Positions 9,697-19,102 of a DNA stretch of 40,593 nucleotides are shown here, in pieces. The notes below the pieces were generated by a model. That model searched no databases and was not told where the DNA came from. It was given only the letters and a program-made list of their open reading frames with translations. Positions within the stretch are counted from its first letter, which is position 1. The number at the start of each line of letters is the position of its first letter. The translations under genes and the position numbers were made by a program. Source of the stretch: a virus (Duplodnaviria; Caudoviricetes); the IMG/VR virus record IMGVR_UViG_3300030376_006134, positions 1 to 40,593 of that record; one strand, 5' to 3'.

Positions 9697-10671
9697 ATGG
9701 CTAAGGACTTTTCATTAACTAAATATTTTAGAGAGCAATATATTAAAGAATTTAAAAGTAATGCCCAAAAAGAAACTGACGCTATGCGTAGTTCTACTTT
9801 TACTTCATACAATAAAGACGGTGAACAACCATATTTAAAAGAATTTAACCAACCAAAAACATTTGACCCAGATACTCTTGCTTTAGTTAGAGAAATGTTA
9901 TTTGCTGCTGATGTGTATCATGATGATCTTGTTGGAGGATACGATGAAGTTTCTTCATATTTAGATAAAAGAACAGGCGGAACAATTTTTAAATTCCCAC
10001 ATTATAATGGACCTGGACCAGGAGCATTGTTTGGTAAAGAAACAACAGACCAAATTGATGCTTCAAAAGCAAAAGCAAAAGCAGCAGCCCTTAAAACATA
10101 CACTCAATTTAAAGATTATATAGAAGATTACGAAATATCAGATTCATCTCCAGCAGGAGTTTATGGTAATATTTACTTGTGGGTAATGTTTAATGATTTA
10201 GCAGAAGATTATACAGCACCAAAAGGAGGAACACAATCATCTCAATTTGAAGCTATGGATATGAATGATCCTGTTTTAGTAAAAATGAGAGCAGCTAAAT
10301 TAGCAAATAAAAAAGCTGACAAAGAAATAGATAATATCAAGAGAATGAACCCAAAAGCAGATAGAAAATCTCTTGATATGATTAAGCAAATAGGTATGTT
10401 GCGAAAAGAAAGAGAACAATTAATGCGAGATATGGAGCAAGAAGCTGAACCAGAAGGTGGACCTATTGCTGATATGTATGGTGCTAAATTAAATCGTATT
10501 GATAGTAAAATTGCTAAATTAACAGGTAGAAAAGAAATGACCTACAATCAGGCAATAGCAATGGATGAAGGTTCTTGTGGTTATACACCAGATGGAAAAC
10601 CAAGATCTAAACCCGCAGGTCCAAATTTAATGGAACTAAAAGAAAAAATATTCAACTCATTAAAAAAATAA
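9697..10671 (+). CDS. Hypothetical modular protein, candidate head-internal protein
   Basis: Leader MAKDFSLTKYFREQYIKE resembling those of 10718, 13077 and 16666; internal x-x-E junctions. Confidence 0.55.
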   Translation: MAKDFSLTKYFREQYIKEFKSNAQKETDAMRSSTFTSYNKDGEQPYLKEFNQPKTFDPDTLALVREMLFAADVYHDDLVGGYDEVSSYLDKRTGGTIFKFPHYNGPGPGALFGKETTDQIDASKAKAKAAALKTYTQFKDYIEDYEISDSSPAGVYGNIYLWVMFNDLAEDYTAPKGGTQSSQFEAMDMNDPVLVKMRAAKLANKKADKEIDNIKRMNPKADRKSLDMIKQIGMLRKEREQLMRDMEQEAEPEGGPIADMYGAKLNRIDSKIAKLTGRKEMTYNQAIAMDEGSCGYTPDGKPRSKPAGPNLMELKEKIFNSLKK

Positions 10672-10692
10672 TAACAATAATAAATTTTTATA

Positions 10693-10701
10693 TATTTATA
10701 A
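10693..10701 (+). promoter_or_regulatory. TATTTATAA putative late promoter
   Basis: Intergenic, before ATG 10718. Confidence 0.6.
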
Positions 10702-10717
10702 CAAAATAAACACTAAA

Positions 10718-11386
10718 ATGGCAAACGAATTTAACTACAGAAATTACTTAAAAAACAACCCACTTTTAACAGAAGCTAAAAAAGATGAGGAAGTTAAAGA
10801 AGAGTATAAAAAAGATATGTCTGAAGAAATGAAGGACATGGATGAAGAAATGAAAGGTGATATGAAAAAGAAATCATCAAAAATGAAATTATCTGAATTT
10901 AAAGCTCAAATTAAAGAAAGAATTCTAGCTGAAATGTCTGATGATTTAGATGAAGCAGATGCAGTTTCATTTAGAAGACAAAATTCCCCTTCATACACTA
11001 TGGATGCTGATGGCGGTCCTGTTAATCCACAACCTCATAAAGCAGGTAAATCTACTGTTGAAGAAGAAATGGAAGACATGGATGAGGAAATGAAAGACAT
11101 GGATGAGGAAATGGATAAAATGGATGAGCAAGAAGATGTAGAAGTTGAAGACAATGAAAACATTGATATTGACATTGAAAAAGATGTTAAAGTTGATGAC
11201 GAAGAAACTGAGTCAGATATTTCTATTAAAACTTCTGTTCCAGGTGAATCTGAAGAAGTAGAAGCTGTTCAAGGTCTTTTAACTAAAGCTCAACAACAAG
11301 CTGAAAAATTAGGTGATGAAAAATTAATGGCTCAAATTGGTAATACAATCACTTATTTTACAAGAAAACACGTAGTAAAAGTATAA
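10718..11386 (+). CDS. Acidic low-complexity protein, candidate prohead core component
   Basis: Leader MANEFNYRNYLKNNPLLTE; repeated EEMKDMDEEM; scaffold-like composition. Confidence 0.55.
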   Translation: MANEFNYRNYLKNNPLLTEAKKDEEVKEEYKKDMSEEMKDMDEEMKGDMKKKSSKMKLSEFKAQIKERILAEMSDDLDEADAVSFRRQNSPSYTMDADGGPVNPQPHKAGKSTVEEEMEDMDEEMKDMDEEMDKMDEQEDVEVEDNENIDIDIEKDVKVDDEETESDISIKTSVPGESEEVEAVQGLLTKAQQQAEKLGDEKLMAQIGNTITYFTRKHVVKV

Positions 11387-11405
11387 TTTTAAAAAAATAA
11401 AAGTA

Positions 11406-11573
11406 ATGACGCAAGAAATTTTTGACAAAATTGATGCGCTTTATGAGACCTTCAAAGTAGAACATGCTGGTACCTCTAAAGCGGCTCATGGTCGTGCAAG
11501 AAAAGCACTTGGTAACATTAAAAAACTTATTTCAGAATATAGAAAAGCATCTGTAGCTGAAGATAAAAAATAA
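11406..11573 (+). CDS. Histone H1-like (Hc1-type) small protein, 55 aa, absent from ORF track
   Basis: Own translation: MTQEIFDKIDALYETFKVEHAGTSKAAHGRARKALGNIKKLISEYRKASVAEDKK; KAA..RARKA...KK...YRK.S pattern; fills the gap between two genes. Confidence 0.75.
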   Translation: MTQEIFDKIDALYETFKVEHAGTSKAAHGRARKALGNIKKLISEYRKASVAEDKK

Positions 11574-11577
11574 TATA

Positions 11578-12588
11578 ATGCTCAACGAAAAAAAGCTTAC
11601 TAAAGCAGAACTCGATAAAAGAGAGGATATCATAATGAAAATGAAAAAAAACAAGCGTGCGCTTGTTGACAAATATGGTAAAGATGCTGAAGCTGTAATG
11701 TATGGGCGTGCAACTAATATGGCTAAAAAACAAGCAGAATCTATGAAAAATGATAGACTAAGTGAGTTAATTAAAGACGCACTCACAAATCCCGAAAAAG
11801 CAGATTTAAATAAAGACGGTAAATTATCTGACTACGAAAAAACTAGAGGCAAAGCAATTGAAAAAGCAATGATGAAAGAAACTTTAGATGATGAAATTTT
11901 TGCAATGGCTGATAGAATGGTAGCAATGATGGGTGCTGAAGCTGTTGTTGATGCAATAGTTAGAGCAATGTCTACTGATGATGCTAAATTATATTTAGGT
12001 GCTATAATGAGAGATTATGATATCAATGAAGTAGCAAGTGTATCTTTAAAAGACATTAAAGAGACTATTAAGCAAATGAGATCTATAAATGAAAAAGCAT
12101 ATCCATTTGATCAATGTCTTGATGATAATGAACCCAAATATGGTAAAAAAGGAGCTGCTAGAGTATGTGGTTCAATTAGAGCCGCATTTGGTGAAGGAAT
12201 TGAAGAAGGTTTACCTAAAGGCTATTTCAAGAAAGAATTTGGAGTAGGTAAAAAAAAAAGTCTTAAAGAAGCAAGCGGTCCCGCAACAATAGAAGACACT
12301 GAAAAAGCTGCAAGAAAAGTCGTAGCAGCAATTAAGCTAGAACAACCTAAAGATGATATAAAAGTATCAAGAGGATTAGAAGAAGGTTCTTTTGATATAG
12401 ATGTAAATGATCGTGCTTATGAAGGAGGATCATATACAGTAGATAGTGATGGAGACATAACATTAGTATCAATTAGAAAACCAGGATTTGTTGGTAATTT
12501 AAATGACGCTCCAAGTACTATACAAGCAACTATGGATAAAGTTATAAATGATAGGGATAAAGAATTTTTAAAAACTTCTGCTATTTAA
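11578..12588 (+). CDS. Hypothetical modular protein with EF-hand-like loop
   Basis: DLNKDGKLSDYE; modules separated by LNE/MKE/INE/IEE/LKE. Confidence 0.55.
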   Translation: MLNEKKLTKAELDKREDIIMKMKKNKRALVDKYGKDAEAVMYGRATNMAKKQAESMKNDRLSELIKDALTNPEKADLNKDGKLSDYEKTRGKAIEKAMMKETLDDEIFAMADRMVAMMGAEAVVDAIVRAMSTDDAKLYLGAIMRDYDINEVASVSLKDIKETIKQMRSINEKAYPFDQCLDDNEPKYGKKGAARVCGSIRAAFGEGIEEGLPKGYFKKEFGVGKKKSLKEASGPATIEDTEKAARKVVAAIKLEQPKDDIKVSRGLEEGSFDIDVNDRAYEGGSYTVDSDGDITLVSIRKPGFVGNLNDAPSTIQATMDKVINDRDKEFLKTSAI

Positions 12589-12596
12589 AATAAGAT

Positions 12597-13058
12597 ATGA
12601 ATAAAGCTGATTTTAAAGAAAGAATTAGATTACTTGTAAAACAAGTATATTCAAACACAAAAGAAGCTGAAGCAGCTGCTGTTGAGTATGATGAATTAAC
12701 TAAATTTCCTGAGTTAAAAGCAGTTATTGTGGATTTATTAACTCATGAGTTTGATTCATTTTTAGCATCAATTGATTGGGTTGCACCTCGTCCTACTACA
12801 TTTAGGATTAATTTAAGAAATGATGAAAACTTTTATCTTATTTGGATGCAAAGAAGTTGGATTGCACAAGTAGAAGGTAAAAAATATTATTTACTCAACT
12901 TACCAGAAGAAGAAAATTGTGTTCAACATATAGCTAGAATTTTAAGATATGGAGCACCAGGTGATGGAGCTGAAGCAGGAGAAAATGAAGAAGTAGATGT
13001 TGACGTTGAAGATAATGTTGATGTAGATATTGATGATACAACAGACGTAGAAGTATAA
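12597..13058 (+). CDS. Hypothetical protein with acidic C-terminal tail
   Basis: Long ORF in operon; tail EEVDVDVEDNVDVDIDD. Confidence 0.6.
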   Translation: MNKADFKERIRLLVKQVYSNTKEAEAAAVEYDELTKFPELKAVIVDLLTHEFDSFLASIDWVAPRPTTFRINLRNDENFYLIWMQRSWIAQVEGKKYYLLNLPEEENCVQHIARILRYGAPGDGAEAGENEEVDVDVEDNVDVDIDDTTDVEV

Positions 13059-13076
13059 TTTACAAAAATAAAATAA

Positions 13077-13397
13077 ATGGAAAACTTCGATTTAAAAAAA
13101 TATTTAGCTGAAGGTAAGCTATTAAAAGAAGGAATAAACCCAAATTCAGAAATTGCAGATTATATAGAGGGAATGTTTAATAGCTCTGTATATGATTATG
13201 AAGGAATTCAACAGGATGTTTGGAGTAAAGCAGAATATGCTTCTACTTCTTATGGTGAAGGATCTGTATTTATGGATTTAGTTGATCATCTAAAATCAGT
13301 AGGTGGAAAAGATGTATTAGAAGGCAACCCAGATATTTATTTAGAATTATTACCTAATGAGGATATTCAATGGAAGGCTGAGGTAACATTTGATTAA
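13077..13397 (+). CDS. Hypothetical protein with F-x-L-x-x-Y-L leader
   Basis: MENFDLKKYLAEGKLLKE followed by a small acidic domain. Confidence 0.6.
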   Translation: MENFDLKKYLAEGKLLKEGINPNSEIADYIEGMFNSSVYDYEGIQQDVWSKAEYASTSYGEGSVFMDLVDHLKSVGGKDVLEGNPDIYLELLPNEDIQWKAEVTFD

Positions 13398-13408
13398 AAG
13401 CAAAGATA

Positions 13409-14548
13409 ATGGATCCAATTACTAAATATTTAAATAGCATAGCATATAAATTTCCTAAAGGATATCCTGATGTTAATAATTCTAAAGATATGGAATTATT
13501 AAATGAGATGGTAAAAGGTTTTATTAAAGAAGATGAAGATAAAATTACAAAAAAAGATCTTATTAATTTAATTAATGATTTAGAATTAGATGATGATCAA
13601 GTTCAAAAATTATTTAATAGAACTAAAAATTTTACAACCTATCGCCCTATTAAAAAAACATTAGATAGAAAAAATTATAATCCTATTATATTAAAAAAAT
13701 TCTCTAAAGAAATTCAAGATTTAATTGAAGATCTTCCTAAAAATGAAGTAGATAACTTTATCGAATATTTACAAAATACAGATGATAAAATAAATTTTCC
13801 TACTAATTCAACAGGAAACCTATTTAAAACATTAGCCAAAACTGGAGTCCCAGATGAAGTAGTAAGTAAAATAATTTACCATACTTCACAAGATGAAGGT
13901 AAAAGAGGTGTTGGTATGGGTGAAGTGGGTATGTCTCTTTTATTTAAAAATGTAGGTTCTTCAACTGCAGGTAAAGGTGATTTATCTATAGATGGTGAGG
14001 AATTTGAAATTAAAGGTACACCTGCTACATTAGGAGAGAAACCATTTAATTTAGTATCTACTTTTAATGAAAAATTAGGTAAATATGGAATTGATGTAAA
14101 AGGAGGAAATGGAGGAATCATATTTAATAATAAAAAATATGGAATGAATCAATTAGATCAGGTTTTAGTTGATGCTTCTAATGCTACAGATGATAAAGAA
14201 GGCCTTAAAGCAGCATTTAAAGATATACTTGTAAATGATAATAAATTAGGAAGTGCTGCTGTTGATGCTAGATTTAAAAATATAAATTTTAAAGACCCAG
14301 AATCTTTTAATACCGAAATAGGTTTAATGAATTTTATTCGTTATGCAGAAAAAGAAGGATTTAATCATTTTTTAGTACATGATTTTGGAGCAAGTGGGGC
14401 TAATACAGGTAAATATATTTATGTAAGTGGTAATCCTGAAGAAATGGCAAATCAACTTAAAGCAAATGGCGTACAATTTCAAACAATAACCCCTAATTTA
14501 TTAAGACCTAGAATTGGTTTTGGTTCATCAGGATATAAACAAGAATAA
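13409..14548 (+). CDS. Putative PD-(D/E)XK restriction-endonuclease-like protein
   Basis: GMGEVGMSLL...GDLSIDGEEFEIKG fits E...D...ExK. Confidence 0.55.
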   Translation: MDPITKYLNSIAYKFPKGYPDVNNSKDMELLNEMVKGFIKEDEDKITKKDLINLINDLELDDDQVQKLFNRTKNFTTYRPIKKTLDRKNYNPIILKKFSKEIQDLIEDLPKNEVDNFIEYLQNTDDKINFPTNSTGNLFKTLAKTGVPDEVVSKIIYHTSQDEGKRGVGMGEVGMSLLFKNVGSSTAGKGDLSIDGEEFEIKGTPATLGEKPFNLVSTFNEKLGKYGIDVKGGNGGIIFNNKKYGMNQLDQVLVDASNATDDKEGLKAAFKDILVNDNKLGSAAVDARFKNINFKDPESFNTEIGLMNFIRYAEKEGFNHFLVHDFGASGANTGKYIYVSGNPEEMANQLKANGVQFQTITPNLLRPRIGFGSSGYKQE

Positions 14549-14550
14549 TT

Positions 14551-16425
14551 ATGTGTAAATGTGGATGTAATAGCTGTGAAACTAAAAGTACTGCGTTAGT
14601 ACTCAAGGAAAGTAAATTTGTACATACTCCTATATCGGAGGGGTTAAAATATCATATAGACAATCAAATACCGTTAAGTGAAAATATTTACCGCATTGGA
14701 TCCAAAGAATATATGAAATTATACACTGAAGCTAGATCATTATATTCTCGTGGTAAATTAGATGTAAATGAAGCAGATAAATATTTTCTAACAGAAACCC
14801 ATGTTGGTGGTTTTGGTATGTTTGAAGGTAAAAGAGTACCACTAGATATTCCTATGATAAACGAAGAAGAATATTATGTAACTGTTAATCGTGGTCATGG
14901 AGATGGTAAAAGATTAGTTACATCAGCTGAATCTGATTATGAAGAACCAAGAGTATTTTCAAAGGAAGAAGCTGAAGAGTACGTTAAAAGAGTTAAAAAC
15001 TCAGGAGCTACACCTGGAAGAATAGCCTCATATTGGGTGTCTGATAGAGACATGAATAGAATAGATGAAAATGAGGATAAATTATCAAAAATCAAACAAG
15101 AACTTGAAGCATTAAGACCAGGTATTAGTTGGATAGATGATATACGTATTTCTTCATATGATGGTAGCTTACGAGTTGAATTAGATTATACATTATATCC
15201 TAACGAAATAAAACAACTTGCCCAAATTGCTACCAAATATGGTATGGAATTAAAATATATGACAGGTAAAAATGCTTCTTTAGTAAAAAATAAATTAAAT
15301 GAAAATATTGACACAGGTGATTTTTTAAATAAAAATAGAGATCAAATTGAATTAGATTTTGGTCCTAGAACATTTAGAATGTTACAAATGCAATTAATGA
15401 AAGATGATGAAGCTTTTGTTAGAGATTGGTTAGTAGCAAATGGTTATATGGAAGAAGAAAAATTACCATTTGAGGAAAATCTTAAAAAAATAATAAAAGA
15501 AAAACTTTGTAAAAAGGGTGAGGCCTATCGTAAACGAAGAATGGCAGCAGGTGAAAAATCATCAGCTTATTTATCAGGACGTGCTGTTAAAGTTTGTAAA
15601 GGTCAAATGAGTGGTAAGAAAAAGAAAAAAGCAAATGAAAATACAGCTCCTAACCATGATGGTAAAGCTGCACCTTATGGCTCAGGATATAAAGTATTGA
15701 ATATAGATGAAATAGCTGAGTCATTAAGAGATTGGTTTAAAAAAGAAAACTGGGTAAGAATTAATACATCAGGAAACATATCTGGTGATTGTGGTACAAT
15801 GAAAAAAGGTAAAGCTACTACAAGATGTCTTCCTAAGAAAAAAGCTCAAGCAATGACTAAAGCAGAGCGTAAAGCTACTGTAGCTAAAAAGGTAAGGGGT
15901 AGTAAAAAGGGTAAGCAATTTGTTTCTGTAAAAGAAGCTAAGTTATCTACTATTCATAAAGCAGCTAAAAAAGGAAACTATCCAGCAACTATAGTGGTTA
16001 TTGAAAAAAATAAAGTGATTTATCAAGAGTTGGTAAAAACCCCACAAGCAGTTCCAGCGGTGTTTAATATTCTTCAAAAGAAATATCCAAATGCAAAAAT
16101 TAGTATTGAATCAAAAACTGGGGAAGTATTATTTGAAGCAGAATTTAGAGGTAAAGAAGTATCTTTAAATAAACCTAAAAGAGGTGGTTCTAAAGCATAC
16201 TATGTTTATGTTAGAGATCCTAAAACTAAAAAAATTAAAAAAGTATCATTTGGTTCAGGTGGATTAAGAGCTAAAATTAAAAATAAAGATGCTAGAAATG
16301 CTTTTGCAAAAAGACATAATTGCGATAAGAAAAAAGATAGAACAAAAGCAGGATACTGGTCTTGTAATTTGCCTAGATATGCTAAGCAGCTAGGTTTAGG
16401 AGCTAATATGAATACATTTTGGTAA
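14551..16425 (+). CDS. Multimodule hypothetical protein (Cys-rich start, several basic/Cys modules)
   Basis: MCKCGCNSC; modules such as SAYLSGRAVKVCKG, LRDWFKKENWV...CLPKKKA, KKVSFG...FAKRHNC...AGYWSC. Confidence 0.65.
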   Translation: MCKCGCNSCETKSTALVLKESKFVHTPISEGLKYHIDNQIPLSENIYRIGSKEYMKLYTEARSLYSRGKLDVNEADKYFLTETHVGGFGMFEGKRVPLDIPMINEEEYYVTVNRGHGDGKRLVTSAESDYEEPRVFSKEEAEEYVKRVKNSGATPGRIASYWVSDRDMNRIDENEDKLSKIKQELEALRPGISWIDDIRISSYDGSLRVELDYTLYPNEIKQLAQIATKYGMELKYMTGKNASLVKNKLNENIDTGDFLNKNRDQIELDFGPRTFRMLQMQLMKDDEAFVRDWLVANGYMEEEKLPFEENLKKIIKEKLCKKGEAYRKRRMAAGEKSSAYLSGRAVKVCKGQMSGKKKKKANENTAPNHDGKAAPYGSGYKVLNIDEIAESLRDWFKKENWVRINTSGNISGDCGTMKKGKATTRCLPKKKAQAMTKAERKATVAKKVRGSKKGKQFVSVKEAKLSTIHKAAKKGNYPATIVVIEKNKVIYQELVKTPQAVPAVFNILQKKYPNAKISIESKTGEVLFEAEFRGKEVSLNKPKRGGSKAYYVYVRDPKTKKIKKVSFGSGGLRAKIKNKDARNAFAKRHNCDKKKDRTKAGYWSCNLPRYAKQLGLGANMNTFW

Positions 16426-16673
16426 TGGATCCATATACAGATAAAGATAATATAAGGGAATTTTCATCTAATGTTGATGAACTTGATTTAGTATGGCATC
16501 AAGATAAAGAAGATAGATTAGTTGAGGTATTAGAAGGAGAAGGATGGAAATTCCAAAGAGATAATAATGTACCTGTGGATATGAAAATAGGAGATCGTAT
16601 ATTTATACCCGAAGGAGAGATACATCGTATTATAAAAGGTACAACTGATTTAAAAATAAAAATAAATGGATAA
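16425..16673 (+). CDS. Small cupin-fold protein
   Basis: WHQD.E..V.VLEG and GDRIFIPEGEIHRI; ATG at 16425 overlaps upstream TAA. Confidence 0.65.
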   Translation: MDPYTDKDNIREFSSNVDELDLVWHQDKEDRLVEVLEGEGWKFQRDNNVPVDMKIGDRIFIPEGEIHRIIKGTTDLKIKING

Positions 16674-16983
16674 TTTTAATTTACATTCTTATTTTAAAAA
16701 ACAATATTTGGAGGAATCTTATCAAAATCTCCCAACACCAGATAAAATCCAAATATCATATACAGATCCAGGATTTCGTTTTTATGGGATGTATCTTTTT
16801 AAAGATGGTAAAAGATTTGCTAAAATTAGTTTTGATGATAGAGCAACAAAAGTTCTCAAAAATTTAGGTATTGATATGGAAGTACCAAGAGGATATGATA
16901 CTGCTGTATTAGATAAAATTGTAGATGAGTTAAAAGAAAAAGGAATTGATGCAGACCACGATGCTGCTATGGATGTAAGTTAA
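16666..16983 (+). CDS. Hypothetical protein with F-x-L-x-x-Y-F leader
   Basis: MDNFNLHSYFKKQYLEE resembles the 9697 leader. Confidence 0.6.
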   Translation: MDNFNLHSYFKKQYLEESYQNLPTPDKIQISYTDPGFRFYGMYLFKDGKRFAKISFDDRATKVLKNLGIDMEVPRGYDTAVLDKIVDELKEKGIDADHDAAMDVS

Positions 16984-17003
16984 ACTAATTAAAACTAAAA
17001 ATT

Positions 17004-17066
17004 ATGTGTAATTGTCAAGAATGTAAATGTGGAACAAGTTGCGGATGCACTTGTTGCAACTGTTAA
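17004..17066 (+). CDS. 20-aa Cys-rich metallothionein-like peptide, absent from ORF track
   Basis: MCNCQECKCGTSCGCTCCNC (9 Cys); A-rich leader; lies between a gene and a terminator. Confidence 0.65.
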   Translation: MCNCQECKCGTSCGCTCCNC

Positions 17067-17121
17067 TAAATAAAAGTATAGTCTGATTCATAGCCAGACG
17101 ATTAATTAAAATTTTTTAAGG

Positions 17122-17158
17122 AGCTGTGGCCCAATATTTGGAGCCACAGTTTTTTTTT
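17122..17158 (+). terminator. Intrinsic terminator
   Basis: CTGTGGC/GCCACAG stem with inner CCAA/TTGG, followed by T9. Confidence 0.85.
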
Positions 17159-17166
17159 CGTATATT
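17137..17166 (+). promoter_or_regulatory. Putative Bacteroidota-type promoter overlapping the terminator
   Basis: TTTGGAG-N15-CGTATATT, same layout as 4161-4190. Confidence 0.5.
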
Positions 17167-17190
17167 ATAACATATAAACTTAAGTAAAAA

Positions 17191-18807
17191 ATGAGTAAAA
17201 AAGTAGTAATTGTAGGAGCAGGAGTTGCAGGTGTAAATGCAGCAACTAAATTAGTAGACAATAATTTTAATGGTGAAATCATTATCATTGATATGGGTAA
17301 AAATCCATATGATAGATTACCTGAAGAAGTAATGACAGGTTTTTTAGGAGCAGGTGGTTGGTCTGATGGTAAATTAACATATCATACTGCGATTGGAGGT
17401 CACTTAACTAAGTATACAGGTGATGAAAAAGCAATGGAATTAATGGATCAAGTAATTGAAAATTTTAAACGATTCCACCCTAAACCAGACGAAGTACAAT
17501 GTTCTAACCCAGTTGCAGAACCAGAATTTATTAAACCCTATTTTGGTTTAAGATTATTTCCTGTATGGCATGTTGGTACAGATTATTTACATGAAATTGG
17601 TAAAAATTGGTATGATTATTTAGTATCTAAAGGTGTTAAATTTATTTGGGAGACTAAAGTAGAAGATATTGACTTTGAAAATCAAACAGTACATTACCCA
17701 CAAATAGCAGAAATGGATAGTGCTGAATTACCTGGGGATTTAAAATGGATGCACCATGAAACTTTAGAATATGATACGCTTATTTTTGGTGTTGGTAAAT
17801 CAGGTATTGATTTTGGTAAGCAATTAGCAGAGAGATATAAATTACCAACTGAATCCAAACCAGTACAAATTGGAGTACGTTTTGAAGCTCCACAAAAACA
17901 TTTTCAAAAATTAATTGATGTTTCTTATGACTTTAAATTATATCGTAAATTTGAAGATGAAGGTGTATCATTAAGATCATTTTGTACTAATAATAATGCT
18001 GCTTATGTAGCTGTAGAAGAAACATATGGTGATCATAGTTACAATGGTCATGCTAAAAAAGATATGTCATATAGAAATGATATGACTAATTTTGGTATAT
18101 TAATGGAAGTAAGAGGCATTGATAATCCATTTACTTGGTCTCGTGAATTAGTATCTAAAGTACAAAAAGATAGTACTGGTTTATTTTATAGCCCTACAAG
18201 AAAACCATCTACAACATCAGAAGGAGACAATGTATCAGCTATTAAAATTGATGATTTAGAAATCGTTAAAGAAGCATTTCAAGGTTATTATAAATACATT
18301 GAAGATTTTATTAATGATATGAAAAAAGTATTTCCAACTCTTGAAGATGATTGGGGCATTTATATACCAGAAGTAAAATATTTATCTCCTGAACCACTTG
18401 TGGATTATGACACACTAGCACTAATCGATTATAACAATGTGCATTTTGTAGGAGATGCTCTATCAGCTCGTGGTATCACAGTTTCGGGAGCACAAGGTAA
18501 CTATGTTGCAGAATGGATATTACAATGTATGGAAGATGAATTATCATGGGAAGATGATCCAGAAATCCAAGATTTTTTAGAACATGTAGATAAACCAGGA
18601 CCTTGGTCTGAAGAAGATGATAAAATACATACTGTAGGTGGTTTAACTAATGATAAAGATAAATCATTTATGAAATTCCAGGATAAAATGGATAAAAAAG
18701 AAAGAAAATCATATTTAGAAGGAGAAATATATAATGAAAGAAATGATGGTTATGTTAAAGAAGGAATGAAAAAAGAACTAAAAAAATTAAATAATGAAAA
18801 AAGTTAA
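17191..18807 (+). CDS. FAD-dependent oxidoreductase of unknown substrate
   Basis: VVIVGAGVAG Rossmann motif; GFLGAGGWSDGKL; RSFCTN; HFVGD..ARGITVSG; extra charged C-terminal tail. Confidence 0.85.
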   Translation: MSKKVVIVGAGVAGVNAATKLVDNNFNGEIIIIDMGKNPYDRLPEEVMTGFLGAGGWSDGKLTYHTAIGGHLTKYTGDEKAMELMDQVIENFKRFHPKPDEVQCSNPVAEPEFIKPYFGLRLFPVWHVGTDYLHEIGKNWYDYLVSKGVKFIWETKVEDIDFENQTVHYPQIAEMDSAELPGDLKWMHHETLEYDTLIFGVGKSGIDFGKQLAERYKLPTESKPVQIGVRFEAPQKHFQKLIDVSYDFKLYRKFEDEGVSLRSFCTNNNAAYVAVEETYGDHSYNGHAKKDMSYRNDMTNFGILMEVRGIDNPFTWSRELVSKVQKDSTGLFYSPTRKPSTTSEGDNVSAIKIDDLEIVKEAFQGYYKYIEDFINDMKKVFPTLEDDWGIYIPEVKYLSPEPLVDYDTLALIDYNNVHFVGDALSARGITVSGAQGNYVAEWILQCMEDELSWEDDPEIQDFLEHVDKPGPWSEEDDKIHTVGGLTNDKDKSFMKFQDKMDKKERKSYLEGEIYNERNDGYVKEGMKKELKKLNNEKS

Positions 18808-19075
18808 TTTAAACGAAAACATCAAAAACAAAAAATATCGTAAAAAAGAAGAAGATGGATCTATTACTGTTATGTTATGTTTAGAATGTAATGGAATGAA
18901 TAAATTACATAGCATAGAAGAACCAGCTTTAATTAATGAACAACAAAGAAAAAAAGAATACTATTTAAATGGTATTAAATATGATTATGAGACATGGAAT
19001 GAAATTAGAAAAGGAAGAGAAGGTTTACCTTGGTATAAAAAACCTGCTCCTAAAGGTATGACTCATAGAAATTAG
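18794..19075 (+). CDS. Hypothetical protein
   Basis: KLHSIEEPALI...KEYYLNG motif; overlaps upstream gene end. Confidence 0.6.
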   Translation: MKKVNLNENIKNKKYRKKEEDGSITVMLCLECNGMNKLHSIEEPALINEQQRKKEYYLNGIKYDYETWNEIRKGREGLPWYKKPAPKGMTHRN

Positions 19076-19102
19076 TTTGTATATTATAATAAAAAATTAG
19101 TT

